From positions 1,798,001 to 1,862,000 of the forward strand of contig SMSO01000025.1 in NCBI GenBank assembly GCA_004764695.1: a stretch of DNA of 64,000 nucleotides, read 5' to 3'. A model generated the notes under the pieces. That model made no database searches. It saw only the letters and a program-made list of their open reading frames with translations, and was not told where the DNA came from. Shown here in pieces: positions 25,596-38,402 of the stretch; positions within the stretch are counted from its first letter, which is position 1; each line of letters begins with the position of its first letter. This DNA comes from Schizochytrium sp. TIO01 (lineage: Eukaryota > Protista > Bigyra: Labyrinthulomycetes). A program made the translations under genes and the position numbers.

Positions 25596-27263
25596 ATGGG
25601 CCGCAAGAACATATCAAGGTCAGAGAGCCGCCTACAGCGTTATCCTGACAAGAAAAAACTGGCGGGCTCGAGCAATGCTGGGACTAGTAGTGGCAGCGTC
25701 CCAGCCGAAACTGCACAAAATCAAGACGGGGCACGAACACTCTCATTCGACCTGAACACAAACACACCATATAAAGAGAGGATTCTGGAGGGACCAGGTT
25801 GTTCTCAAGACAAACTAGATCCTGATCATAATCTTTCACAAAACTCTAGTGGACAGACCACACTTGGCGCAGTTTTGAAAGACGCTGGTGTCAGAAGAGA
25901 GCTCACAAGCTGCCGCTGGTTGCTCATTTATACAATTTGCACTATTTACATCTCTGTATTTGCTTTTCACGGCATTCCAGAAAATTGGCGAGGCTCCTTG
26001 GAACATAACGAAGGCCGGTACGGAATCTACACGCAAATGCAGCAGAGCATTCCTGTAGAACCTAGTAGTAGCAGTAATGAGGACCATGGAGACAGTAAAA
26101 TTCATATTGAGGATCTTAAAGATGAGACCACTAATTCTAAAGATGGGAATATCAATGAAATCCCCAATGCACATGAAATTTCGCTCACTAATATGCAGCG
26201 AGATAATCCGGCCCATGTCAAAGCATGCGAACAAGCCAGTGCACTTGCAGCACTCGAAGGTATTCATCAGTTTGATGTCAGCACAGAGGGCCTACTACCT
26301 CCACTCGTGTTTGGTGGTATCGGCGATTCTGGTACTCGAGCTATTGCCTACCTTGCTACACAGCTGGGTGTCTGGATGGGAAGATATGGTACCACAGTAA
26401 GAAAAGATTCTCGCGATTCAAGGCTTTTTATAAATGGCTTCGATACCTTGGTTTGTGGAGGAGATAGTCAATTAGAAAGCGTGCAGCAAAACATCAAGTC
26501 ATTTGTATTTTACAGTAAATCGATCAAAGCTTGCAACTCCTTAGGATATGATCGAGATTGTGTTCAAGATGGTGAGGTTTGGTCACAAGGTGTACAATGG
26601 ACCACTTCACTTCTACAAACGCTTGCTGATGATACAAAAACGTATGCCACACTTAAAACCACCAAAGGCATGTATCCATTTGGTCTGTGGGGATTTAAGC
26701 ATCCTCGAGCGTCATTTGTTTTGCCATACATTAATTTTGTTACAAGCAACAGATTCAAGTACGTTCATATCGTGCGAGATGGCCGAGACATTGCTGCGGG
26801 CGATAATCAGTACTTTTTTAACTCGATTTGTAAAAAGTACCACACAGATGATTCCTCTCTATGTGACGATACTTTGGTCAACAAAATTGAATTATGGAGT
26901 CGACTTAATCTTGATGTCCTTTCCTGGGGCCGCCAGCATTTGCGCCCTGAGCAGTTCCTTGTTGTAAGAATTGAAGACTTTGTGCTCGGTGACCCTGCAT
27001 GCTTTTGGCGTCTCGCTAATTTTACAGGAACTTCGAAAGAACGAGCACAAATCACTATTGCAAAATCCGTTCGGCTCTTCACTGTTAAGCGGAGTCGTTA
27101 TTTTGGCTTGAAGTATACGGCCTCGCAAGTAGAGGAATACTCAAATGCTCTTGATAAAAATCCCTACATTGGACGTGCATTTAAAGCTCTTGGCTATGGC
27201 ATCCGGCCTTGGAGGCCAGAAGGCCCTTGCACTCAAATACCTACGTTTGGATTTGATACGTAA
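25596..27263 (+). CDS. Type II membrane (Golgi-type) sulfotransferase, Sulfotransfer_3-like, about 555 aa
   Basis: Single TM WLLIYTICTIYISVFAF; PAPS loop VFGGIGDSGTRA; WGFKHPR; second PAPS motif YVHIVRDGRDIA; VVRIEDF. First ATG at 25596. Confidence 0.85.
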   Translation: MGRKNISRSESRLQRYPDKKKLAGSSNAGTSSGSVPAETAQNQDGARTLSFDLNTNTPYKERILEGPGCSQDKLDPDHNLSQNSSGQTTLGAVLKDAGVRRELTSCRWLLIYTICTIYISVFAFHGIPENWRGSLEHNEGRYGIYTQMQQSIPVEPSSSSNEDHGDSKIHIEDLKDETTNSKDGNINEIPNAHEISLTNMQRDNPAHVKACEQASALAALEGIHQFDVSTEGLLPPLVFGGIGDSGTRAIAYLATQLGVWMGRYGTTVRKDSRDSRLFINGFDTLVCGGDSQLESVQQNIKSFVFYSKSIKACNSLGYDRDCVQDGEVWSQGVQWTTSLLQTLADDTKTYATLKTTKGMYPFGLWGFKHPRASFVLPYINFVTSNRFKYVHIVRDGRDIAAGDNQYFFNSICKKYHTDDSSLCDDTLVNKIELWSRLNLDVLSWGRQHLRPEQFLVVRIEDFVLGDPACFWRLANFTGTSKERAQITIAKSVRLFTVKRSRYFGLKYTASQVEEYSNALDKNPYIGRAFKALGYGIRPWRPEGPCTQIPTFGFDT

Positions 27264-27485
27264 TCATCCAATCAAAACATTGCTTAGGTCTCGTATTCAT
27301 ATACAGAGGTATCAAAGATTTCAATGGATAAGAAAAGCTGTCATCCCACGTTTTATTTGGATTGCTTTTCGACAAGATATGCCCTGCTTTGATTTGACTT
27401 ATAAATCATGATATATGTAAATGTCTTTCTGCTATTCTCTATTAGGGTACATGTAAGGACGTCCATACGGATTATCCTAATTAGC

Positions 27486-30400
27486 TCACGTAAGTTGAAT
27501 ATGTCTACTGCTGACAGAATCTTCTGAAATATGGTTGCCATCTGTGGACATTGTATTGTGCACTGATTTAACTTTCGCTGTCACCTCTGATGACACAGTG
27601 GTAGGTCCTACATCTGTTACCTCAAGTGCAGAATCCTCTTCGTGAATTTCGATCATATCATTTTCATTCTGAAATATTTTGGCAATTTGCTCATCACGTC
27701 CAGAGATAGCATCACGCTCGCCTACGAATGAGAGAATTGAAGCTGAGGTTCGTGGGAATGACCTTGAAATACTTGTAGCATGAGCACGAATTCGCTCTTT
27801 GCAGTTAGGCCATAATGGGGTAATTTGCCATGATTTAGACCGATCTGAAGCTAATGCAAATCCAAGGAGTGAAGCAAGGTACGCTGCCACTTTGTGGTCG
27901 GCACCTCCACCTCGACGACAGCTATGCAAGACAGTATGCTCCACCATTGAGGGGTCTATTATGACGTCTCCAGTTTGTTCTAAAAGGACTTCTACTCCAA
28001 CATGGGTGTAACCATGTGTACTGGACCCAATCAACCGCGGGGGGGTCTTACTGATTGGATCTCCTCGTTTGGCAAAACGCCAACATGAAAGCACATGCTG
28101 TGAAAAATATGTACGGAAAACATGGTTGCCAACACGAGGGGATCCAAAAGTCGAGACTTGTACGACAACTCGCTTTGGAGAGAATGCTGTTGCAAGGAAT
28201 AAGCCACACACTGTCGCTAGGGCACCACCAAGAGAGTGGCCGTTTGTAATGATTTTGTCAACCTCAGGGTGCTGACGTAAATGTTTACACACTGCTGACA
28301 AAAGTCGATTCTGAATGGAATGGAAAGCCACCAGGAACCCACCATGCACATTGGGGTGGCGATTGGTTTCTGTGAATGATCGAAGCATCTTGTCAGCCCG
28401 TTCGAGGGAAGCGATTTCATCTGCCTGGTTCTCGGGAGACTTTGTTGGAGAGTCAACTGATGATGACTCCTCACTAGTTTCTAACGAATGAGACGCCGTA
28501 TCCCTATCGGAGTCATGCTCAAGCCAAGATAGATGTTTGAATCCCATACGCAAATCAGTCTGTGCATTCTTGGTGCTAGTTGTGCCTCGGAAGCCAATTA
28601 GGATCCTATCTTTCTCAGCAATTATCCAGACATGTGTATCGGTTGTGGGTTCCGAGATGTAAGCTACTTCCTGAATGTGCGGCGGCAAAATTCCAGAGCC
28701 GTCTGTGAAAATATTACCAATATGATATGCTGAAAGGGTCAATTGGAAACTAAGGAGATGAGTTTCTGTCACGAAAACACGCTCATCAAAAATTGCGGCA
28801 TTTAGCCTTCCTTTGCTTAATTGTGGCGCAACTGTTTGCAAAACCTCCTCCTCTGTTGTGAAGTACTCAACACGTTGCTCATGACCATGAAGATGCTTAG
28901 CAATCAGTTTACCGATCCGCGAAGATAGAGGGATCATCAGAATTGTCCACCCAAATACAAAACTAAACACTAAAATTGTGAAACCCATATCCCAAGACTG
29001 TACACCTGTTACTTGAGGAGATATACTTTCCAAATATACTGTGCCATTTGTAAACACATAGTAGCCATCATAACCAACCAGAACATCCGCCAACGAAACG
29101 TAGATAATTCCGCATAAAAAAACTGAGAAGAAAAGGAGCCACGTAAACAGCAGTTCTAGATTGAAAATTAAATGTCGGTCCCGAGCTTCTGAGTATGTGA
29201 AAGAATTGATTGACACCAGGGCACGTTTTTGCAAGTAGAGTGTGTATAGTACTAGTGTAAGATCCAGGAAAAATACGAAAAAATTACCCGCAAACGCTCG
29301 AACAGCAATCCCGGAGTCAACATCAAGAGAACTACAATAAGGTGCAGGCCGGGTTTCTGACAGCGCACATATACGAAACAATGTAACAATGTTTACGAAC
29401 GGAACAAGGCCTGGATGTGTACCCAATAAAACAAGGCCGATTCCGACGCGTAGCGCAAAATAAAGAAAACCAGCAAGAAGAACTACGTAACCTGAAGGCG
29501 GCATAATTTCGTTCCAAATCCTGGAGATCGATGTTTTACCTGAATTGGATTCCTTTTTGCGTCCGAGTTGCATCATTGTTAAGCCGTGAAACAAAAAGAA
29601 GGCCGTCACAGTCAACGCACGAGTTGCTGAGACCCAGTAGATTGAACTCCCAGGCATGACTGGGGTGTTAAAAAATACAGAGAGTTTGAAGTCAGTGGTA
29701 GACCACGTCCAATAATCAAAATAAAAGGAACCGCTGTCGCTAACCTCAATCATCATAACCGAGCAGAAGATCATTGCCAGCGAGTGAGGTGACACAGCAG
29801 AAGAAAATAACCATATCAGCTGCAGAATCAGTAGCAATATACCAATAAGCCAGCCGATTAAATCTAACCTAAGAGATGCTCGAAGCTGTCGTGCAGGAGC
29901 GTCACACCCAGCCATTTGGCTAAGAAAAGCTACCATTTCGTCTAAAAGGCTCAACGATTCGTCCAAGACTTGATTACATTCCTCAGCAATCTGAGTGAAC
30001 TCTTTCATAGTAGAAGGGAAAACCGTCATTGAAACGTCATTGTAGAGCGATAAATTGGGATAATAGGTTCCAAAGTTAATCGCCGGGTAGCCGTCGCCAT
30101 AGGTTGTCCCCTCCGGAAGCTCTACAATAGATCGATTTATTTCCAGAAGTGAACCATAGATGACTGCATCTTGGACTTCACCTACAAGCGTTAGGTTTGA
30201 CGTATTAACCATAGATTCGTAACATTTTGGAGTTCGCCAAAAATAATACAGTAAGGCTCCCCAACAAATGCTCCATGTTTGCCAGCGTTCAATTTTTTCT
30301 TCTACAGTTTCATCTTGATCAACAGGTGCGCTGAAGACGCTGCCCTCTTCAAAAATAAAAAGTGCCCTTGTATCCGGCAATTCACTACACACATCGCCTA

Positions 30401-31588
30401 GTGTTTGGAAAACCTCACCACCACTCAAAAGGCTTTGTCGCAGTGAGGAAATGAGGTAGTCAATCTCAGAGGTTAAATTGGAAATTGCAGTCTGCCTCAG
30501 GACCTCTTCGAGCACCGAAGCTCCGTTGCTTCCCCAGAAGAACCAACTAGATTAGACCGTGTCATGAATGAGTGTTCATTTGTAGATATTGAAGACGACG
30601 TAATTGTGCTATTTCGCTCGGCGATGAGCGAGGTAAACGCAGTATAATAATTATCAGAATCAAGGTATTCTATACCTAAAGAACAAGGATCGATAAATGA
30701 TGTTCCCACAAGTTTCGCGCAACGAGGCCATATACGGCCCATGTCAGTTGAGTTAAAGACAGTCCCAGATCTTTGGTCTTGAAAAACGCCTACCCCGTCA
30801 TCACCTATGTACAAGAAATCTAGCTCCATTGTTGTGAGATTTCCACATGGATTACATTCTTCTCCTGCGTGAAGGCCAAGCAGGCAGAGAAGAGAAACAC
30901 CCTGTGTACCGTCAATTTTCACATAATTAGTTTCTACCAAAGCAGCCGAAAGCTCTAGCAACGCAGTCCATACGCATATGGACGACATTCCTTCATCAGC
31001 GAACAATTCGACGTATGATAATGCAAAGGCGAGCATGGGCATGAGTGATAAAAACAAGTCAGAAATGTACCCTGGGTTTTGAATTTCAGTGGAGAATCCA
31101 TCAACGAAGTATGAGGATAAGTTCACAAGTTGGTTGGGTGAGCAGTACGCACACCACGGGACAATTCCCTCCATGCCATTCGAGATCGGTGCACTTGAGT
31201 TTTTAGCTGCCACAGCTAAAACCGATTGCTGCATAAGGAAACTAGCAAAAGACAAGGTGCTTTTATTTCCTGGTTGTGTTGTCAGAATTGAGTACCAAGG
31301 GTTATTTGCAAAATTTGTAATTTCTGACCCACAAAGCGCAACACTTGTTCCGACGACGATGATTGTATAAATGATACCAACGAGCATGGCAAGCACCATC
31401 ATAATAATTGAACAGTTAATAGGGCGAGAGCCGATTATCTCTGCAAGGACTTTCGCACGGCGGCATTGCATCTTAGATCGAATGTCCTCCGCAGACATTT
31501 GCTTTAACAAAGCCGGTGGCATTGTTGAGGCGCCATCTCGACCTAGAAATCTGGTTGCTTCTTGAGGTTCTGCTACCGGGGGGGGCAT
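27486..31588 (-). CDS. Multi-pass membrane class-3 lipase, split by an apparent frameshift near 30533; about 1367 aa if repaired
   Basis: Lipase_3 motifs IGFRGT, DL, VHGGF, ITNGHSLGGALA, TFGSPRVGN, DPI, YTHVG and DH. About 7 TM segments lie upstream. The 376-aa and 1009-aa ORFs overlap, and the downstream ORF has no nearby ATG. Confidence 0.85.
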
Positions 31589-33130
31589 TTGTACTGTGAA
31601 ACGTGCCTTCGTGTTTAACTGAAGCACGTGCTCCTCTATTTGCTAATACAATCACCACAGGCTTGATCCAGCTCCTGAAAGATAAGTTGACTTTGTTGAT
31701 GCCGTGCTGGCGTTGCTCTCCGAAACCGCCTGGCGGTCTTGTCACGAATACAAGAATACACTAAAACGAAAGAAAGAAGGTCGAACCAGGCTGCATTGAG
31801 GTACTAGAATCTTGGTAGCAAATCTCTTCTGCTGCCTCAACCCGCAATTACGACGAAGGGAGTGCTCCTGAATAGATTCGAGCCCCAACCCCTTAGTTCT
31901 GTTTCACGCTTTAGCTCTATTGCTTTAACCTGCGCACTGCTTACAAAGCCGTCGCGATAGCTTAGCGTCCCAACTTCAGCGTAGCGAACCCACTTCTGCG
32001 TTTTGGGGTTTTGGTTAGAATAAATTGACTGCCTAGCTATTTCTACGTAGGACTTTTAATTTAAAAAAATAGAATATCATGATAGGTAACAAATTAAAAA
32101 AAAGAGAAGAAAAGATGGAAATGATGAGTTTATAAATGTCTTTGTATGCACTTGGTGGTAATGACAGACCTGCCCGGAACCAAAAACGGTTTTAGATATG
32201 ACCGAGACAATGAAACTGTCTTTGGAATTGAAAAAATTATGGTTGAAGAGAAAATACTGGTTCTGTTTTTCTGGACTAGTGTCGAAAGATAATAATTTAC
32301 ACCATACCTTAGCACTTTAAATGGAGAGGGTCCTCCCTGATATCGCCTTGGCAAATACCCTCATTTTATAGTTATAGCCCACTTGAAGAGTATGCTCCAC
32401 CAAATACTCCTTTTCTACTTAAAAAATGAAAGTCATAATCACTGATCGAAATTCGCTTCTTGGAGTCGAAGAATTATGTAAAGCCAAACTTATAATTGGA
32501 ATTTATAAATACTGTATGCTACGTCATGAGCAAAGCGGCGTGACTAATTGCATCGATTGCCAAGTCTTATGCTGGGTGGAAATCATTGCAACTTAAAGAC
32601 GAAAGTGATCAGTTATGATGTCCCGCCATTAAAAAGTTTGCAAGTTTTGAGTAGGAAAAGGAGCAAGCCACGACTTATTAGCGAGCCATTCTTTTCAAAC
32701 ACAATCGTGGTTACAGTGTTTGGAAAACAATAGTAAACATAGCAATTGGGGTCGTAAGAATTGATTAAGTAAGATATATAAGAATTCACAATAAGGTTAA
32801 CGATCAATTCGAAAAGTCCTTTAAGGTGAATAATCACAACAGGAAATTCACAATGTGTATGATTTAGAAGCAGGGGTTGAATACTTATTAAAGGGTATTT
32901 TCACGAGGTTTGGAAAGCCCTTTGAAATAATCTCTAGGCTTCGTTGTAAAGATCTAGGCATAATCTCGATCAGACTGAATACAGGCTGTAACGAGCACGT
33001 ATAATGATATAAATGAGAGAACTAGAAAAGTAAAAAAATAGAACAAGAAGATAGAGGCCTTTGGATGTGTGAGACGGATGCCATAAGCCAATGTAGGTGG
33101 TTAAAGTTTCTGTATAAGGAGGGAAAATCA

Positions 33131-33153
33131 GGGGGGGGGGGGGGGGGGGGGGG
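33131..33153 (+). repeat. G23 homopolymer
   Basis: Directly visible. Confidence 0.9.
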
Positions 33154-33796
33154 TAAACGGTGGCGAAGCATACTGATGACGCAAGTGGCTCGTCAAAAGG
33201 GACATCATCTGTAAAAGAGAAGGAATTTGGATCTCTTCTTCTTGCCTGTCTTGTACGTGTGTTCATAAGTATTAAAGTGATAATGAAGAAGACGTTTCGA
33301 GTCTGGCGGTGTGTTGTTGCCGAAAGAGTGGTTGTAGTAGGGCATTTGAAGTGATAATCGTGATTAAATCGCAATTCAAGCACGAGATGCTGGCATGGAT
33401 TAAGTAGGGTGGATGTAGAGGATATAGAATGCGTGCGAGGACCAGCGAAAAGGCCAGACCCTGTAGCAGCCAACATGGTTGTGGTGCCCTTATGCACAGC
33501 GGGGCACTTAATCAATTCTCACCGCCTCTGCTATATTGTATTTGGTCCTCTACAGAGCGTGATCTGTTTCTGTTTATCAGTGTTTTGAAGTTGTCTCTGC
33601 ATGCACCTCTCTAGAGCAGGTCACAGAAGGCAGATTATGGTCTGATTAAACAAAGATGGATTATCAGCAAGGGGAAGTGCAATCAACCAGGGAAGTTTAG
33701 ACGGCATCATCATCTATGCATATCAGCGAAAGTGCAAGCATCAAGCATCACGCGCAAAGCGTATGAACTTCTTCATTAAATGTCTCCTCAATAAGT

Positions 33797-35005
33797 TTAG
33801 TTGGTGTTAAACTTATAGCAGCTGAGCTTTCCAGAAAGCGAGCCAAGGAAGAGAAGGTTGTGCTGCGCAACCACTTGAAGACTGGTGACAGTAGAGTTCC
33901 GGTCATGCCCATTGAGGAATCCAAGATCCGTAAAATCTGGCAGATCCATAACTTGTGCGGATCCGTCAAGGAATCCGCAAATGAGGATGGAGACACCAGA
34001 GCTGAGAACATGAGTCTTCATGCAAGTAAGCTCCTTCGGGCGCAATGGACTGTTAGGGGGCGGATAGGTGAAGACGGGTTGTGCATTGGGTGCGACAAGG
34101 CCCTGGTTAGCGTTGAGGTCCCAAACTTTGATGGTTTTGTCGGTTGAACAGGTGAGCAGGACATTCTGATTGTTTCCACTCCAGCCACAAATATCTGTGA
34201 CCATATCTTGGTGTGCCTGGAACTGAGATTCCTGAACACCTTGGATAGACCATATTTTAATTTCGCCGTTACATGCTCCAGTGAAAATCTTGTTTCCCCA
34301 AGTCGCCACCTTGCGCACGGGGGAATCATGTGCAACCTGGTTGCCAAGAGAACCGACCAAGGTCCATTTCTGGTCAAGTTTCCAAGCCCGTACGGTCTTG
34401 TCTTCACTAGCGGTAAATACAATTCCACCAGCCGCGCAGATCGAGGTCACCCGACCTTGATGGGCAGCAGGAAACTGTGCGTTGAGTTCGAAGTTGAAAA
34501 CATCGGGAGGCGTAGCGTTGAAGTGATATGCCTTAACAAATCCAACGTCTTGTCCTGGTTGGGGCTGATCCAAGAAGCCTACAAAAAGCCAACCTAGCTC
34601 AAAGCACAGAGTGCTGACCTCCTTGCCCTCGGGGGACTCTGTGCAGGTACCGCTGGTAATGTCGAACATTTTAGTGATGCCATCAGCACCTGCCGTAAAG
34701 ATCATGTTCTTGTCACCCCAAGCGGTAAGGGCCTGAATGCCTGGCTTTTCTGGGTTGACATGTGCATCGACTGAGACATCGAATGTAGCGATATTGTCAG
34801 CAAACTTAATGCGCGTGCCGCCACGGCCCCGCGTGGATGATCCGCCCCGACCACCGCCGCGAGTGTTGTTGGTGTTGGTTCGTGAGCGACCGCGGCTACT
34901 ACCATTTTGATTGTTGTAATTGTTATTACCCCCACGGCCACGACCCCGGCCTCCGCCACGGCTTCCTCCACCGTTGTACCTCGACGAGCTACCTCCGAAA
35001 TTCAT
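33797..35005 (-). CDS. WD40-repeat protein with an N-terminal RGG/Asn-rich region, about 402 aa
   Basis: WD repeats: FTAGADGITKMFD, AHQGRVTS..FTASEDKTVRAW, AHDSPV..GEIKIW, AHQDMV..STDKTIKVWD, GHDRN. N-terminal SRGGGRGRGRGG. ATG at 35005. Confidence 0.88.
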   Translation of the reverse strand: MNFGGSSSRYNGGGSRGGGRGRGRGGNNNYNNQNGSSRGRSRTNTNNTRGGGRGGSSTRGRGGTRIKFADNIATFDVSVDAHVNPEKPGIQALTAWGDKNMIFTAGADGITKMFDITSGTCTESPEGKEVSTLCFELGWLFVGFLDQPQPGQDVGFVKAYHFNATPPDVFNFELNAQFPAAHQGRVTSICAAGGIVFTASEDKTVRAWKLDQKWTLVGSLGNQVAHDSPVRKVATWGNKIFTGACNGEIKIWSIQGVQESQFQAHQDMVTDICGWSGNNQNVLLTCSTDKTIKVWDLNANQGLVAPNAQPVFTYPPPNSPLRPKELTCMKTHVLSSGVSILICGFLDGSAQVMDLPDFTDLGFLNGHDRNSTVTSLQVVAQHNLLFLGSLSGKLSCYKFNTN

Positions 35006-38000
35006 CTTGTTGTCGACTCCGTATGAAAAGTGCAAGCGCGCGTTCGCTAGAGTCTTGTTCTTTAAGACTTATATCCTAGACCTGGGTGACTGCTGTTCAA
35101 AATGGGCTCAAAGCTTTGGACGTTTGCGCAATAGAGTTTTCTAGAGACCCCTCCAGAAATTTAAATTCTACACAGCCAGTGAAAGCGAGAAGTTGCAGCT
35201 GACTAGCCTGACTAGCAGATCTGTCTACTCCGATGCTGGTGGTCGTAAGTTTTAATGAAAGGACTGATCTTGAATAGGTTCAAGACCGAAGCAGCCGTGA
35301 CAAGAAGATGCTCGCGAACGGAATTTATCTAACGTAGTGAAGCGGACCCAAAGTCGGCAAAGTGAACCAAGGATGCTCAGTGATTTGCACAACAAACCAA
35401 TAAGCTACGATTCAAAGAGTGTCAATGGTTAGTGTTCACAACTCAGATATGAGTGGGAGCACGCAAGCGTGACAGTGAAGGGAGAGGATAGTGGCGTACG
35501 AACTTGGGTCGTAGCAAGCCCTGCACTAGATGTAGACCTAGTGAGCAAACGCAGCGCTTTCAACGCTTCGCTTGCTCTCGTCTACCCCGTACGTCGCTAG
35601 CAAGCGGCGTGAGAGTGATCCTCAGCAGCAGCAGCAGCAGCAGTGCGGGACAAGGTCGCAGCGAAGAGGTCGTCGTCAGGGCTCCTGCAGCAGAGCGTTG
35701 CTTGCTTGCTTTCCTTGCTTGCTGCTGCTTGCCTCACTCGCTTTGATCGCTTTGCTTTCCTTTTTCTTTTCCCTTTTAACTAAAAGCTCTTCTGTGAAGA
35801 AGAATAAACAAATAAATAGTGAACTTGAAATAAACGGAGAATCAATCAACAAACAAGAGAATACTTACTTACTCTACTGCCCAACAATACATAATACATA
35901 TCAACAATCATCAGTTTTATCGTCTTCTTCTGCACATCATCAATGAATAGAGAGGAGAAAGAAAAGAACAGAAAAGAAAAGGAAAGAAAAGGAAAGAAAG
36001 AAAGAAAGAAAGAAAGAAAGAAGCGCAGAGCGAATTCGTTTAATCACTCCTACTGCGTATATCCCACTGCTAAGGCTCGACTAGGTAGGCGCTACGTACT
36101 CCTAGGCGTATGTAGAGCTAGCGCTGGACAACTAACTAATTTGACGGCGCACATTCACGATTCTTTCTGTATTGCAATGATGTTGATTGCTTAGCTTGGG
36201 CAAACAAACATCTGCGCGTGAAGGGGTCTAAGGCTAGAAGGACGTCAGGTGTTGCAGCTGCAGGTGCGAGAAGATCTAGCGAAGCTATAACTTGCTCGAA
36301 TGAGCAGATGGCTGAATGAATGAATGCTGTGCGACGGTAAATTTGGATCTTGATTAACTTAAGGGATGATGGAGTGCTTAATATCTATCTATCTCTCCAG
36401 AGAGTAAACGCCTCTCGAAATCTTGGAGTTGGTCAGAGTTTACAAAGGCAAAGCTCATACCAGTTGGGTTGAAGCCTCAAGTCGCAATAGCCTTGTCGTG
36501 GAGCCATGGTGTGATTTTGGTCGCCACGAATGAATGGGAGAAAGTCAGCGATTCGACGAATTCTAGCAGCGGAAAGAAACCTCGAAGCAATGACTTTCTT
36601 TCTTTCACTCAAGAAAACAGAACCTCAACAACGTAGAAGGCAAAAGAGATAATATAATCTCGCCCAGTTGGCTTTCGGTGATAGTTAAAACGCTCTGCAT
36701 AAAAGCAGACATTCTCCCAAGGAATCAAGAATAGCACCAAAACCTCAAATCAAATCATGCCTTGAAAGCTGTCCATGACGTCTCAAGTTCTTTGGGCTGT
36801 CAACTCACGTAAATCACCAGATGGCGCCCACGGCGCTCTTAGCTGCAACCTCAGGCATCATCCAGAGACTCCCACGCCGTTGCAGATTCCCGTATTATTT
36901 TATTTTATGACTCGAGAAAGCGGGCTATTCAGATAGCCCACTAATGGTCGCCGTCCATTGTTTTTCAATGGTATTCGCGAAGGAAGAGAAAGCCTACGAA
37001 GTCCTAGGCATAGTAGTATTAGTAGTAGTCGTATGAGGTTGGAATAGAACAACGATGCGAACGTTATGTCTTTTATTTTGAGGATAGAAGAAGAAGAAGA
37101 TGATATGAAGAAGTATGAATGGGTGGATTTTGGATGCGTTTATAGACGAAAGGTACGTTTGAATACTCTGGTGAGACCCTTCTATACTCCATAGACCTGT
37201 CTTCATGCTCTGCTGTGTATGCCTCTACGCAAATGCGGTATCGAGGAGCAAGGCTTTTTCAGTAGGAGGCGCGTAGGACCTCTTAGCCTCCCTGGGCGCA
37301 AAATGAGTGATGATGAAGACTCCAACTCTTTTGTGGGCTGCTTTGATTTGTTCTACTTTGAAGCAAGTGCACTATAGAGTTTGTTCTATAGTAAGCGCGC
37401 CCATTCTTCTGTTGCTTCAGGTCACTTCACTTGTACCTACAAATTCACTTTATTTTATTGTTTCCTTTCAAGATCATTCATTCTTTACCTCACGGAATCA
37501 CTCACCTCTTGTGCAACTTGGACTGGCTGGAGCAAGGAAGCGCGACTGGAACAAGCAAGGCCAAGCGATGCTGTTGGTGATTGTATAACGAACTACCTTC
37601 TGCAAGCGTATCATCTCTTCCGTAAATGGTGATCTCTATCTTCATTCGTTTCCCTTGATTTATTCAATCTCAGCCCCATTGATGATGAATTATCCTTCGT
37701 GCTGTTCTATAGTATACCATTTTCTATAACGTACTTCCATTTGGCGCTCAAGTGAGTTATATGTCTATAGCTCACTTTGCTCGTCCCCCGAAATACAACA
37801 AATTAGCTCGCCTTCCTGACCGTAGAAAAGGAATTGATGATTGCCTCAGGCACTGATCACGATGCGACTCGAACTCGGCATAAAGTCAAAAAGTATACCG
37901 ATTGCAGATGCCAAGAGATCACAACCCAAACCAACACGCAAGTGCATGAACTGCTCATTGCCTGCTCCTTCATGCCGTATTGTTTGTTTGGCGCATTGCT

Positions 38001-38402
38001 CATTTCTTGCCCTTTGGCCTATAATAGTAGGTACAACATCAAGTCGAGTTGAGTACCTAATACTATTCTCAGCATGCATGAATGAGCGTCGATGAATTGC
38101 TCATGAACGATTGTGACCTTGAACGATTGTGATTGATTGACAAAGCGGTTGACTGAGCGAGCGATTTGAGGAAAGGAGCGACGCGAGGTTGAATAGAATT
38201 AAGTTAGCAACCTCGTCTTGACTACAGAAAGAGAGTGACAGAAATGAATAAAAAGAAATCAATAGTATACATAAGTTTTTGATTAATCATACATAATAAC
38301 AAAGAAGGAGAGCAAACAAGAGAGCTAATAAGCTCGAAACCAGAAACCAATTGAGACGCAACAAGTCGGAGTCCTCTCGGTGCCTTTCTTCTACAATCCA
38401 AG

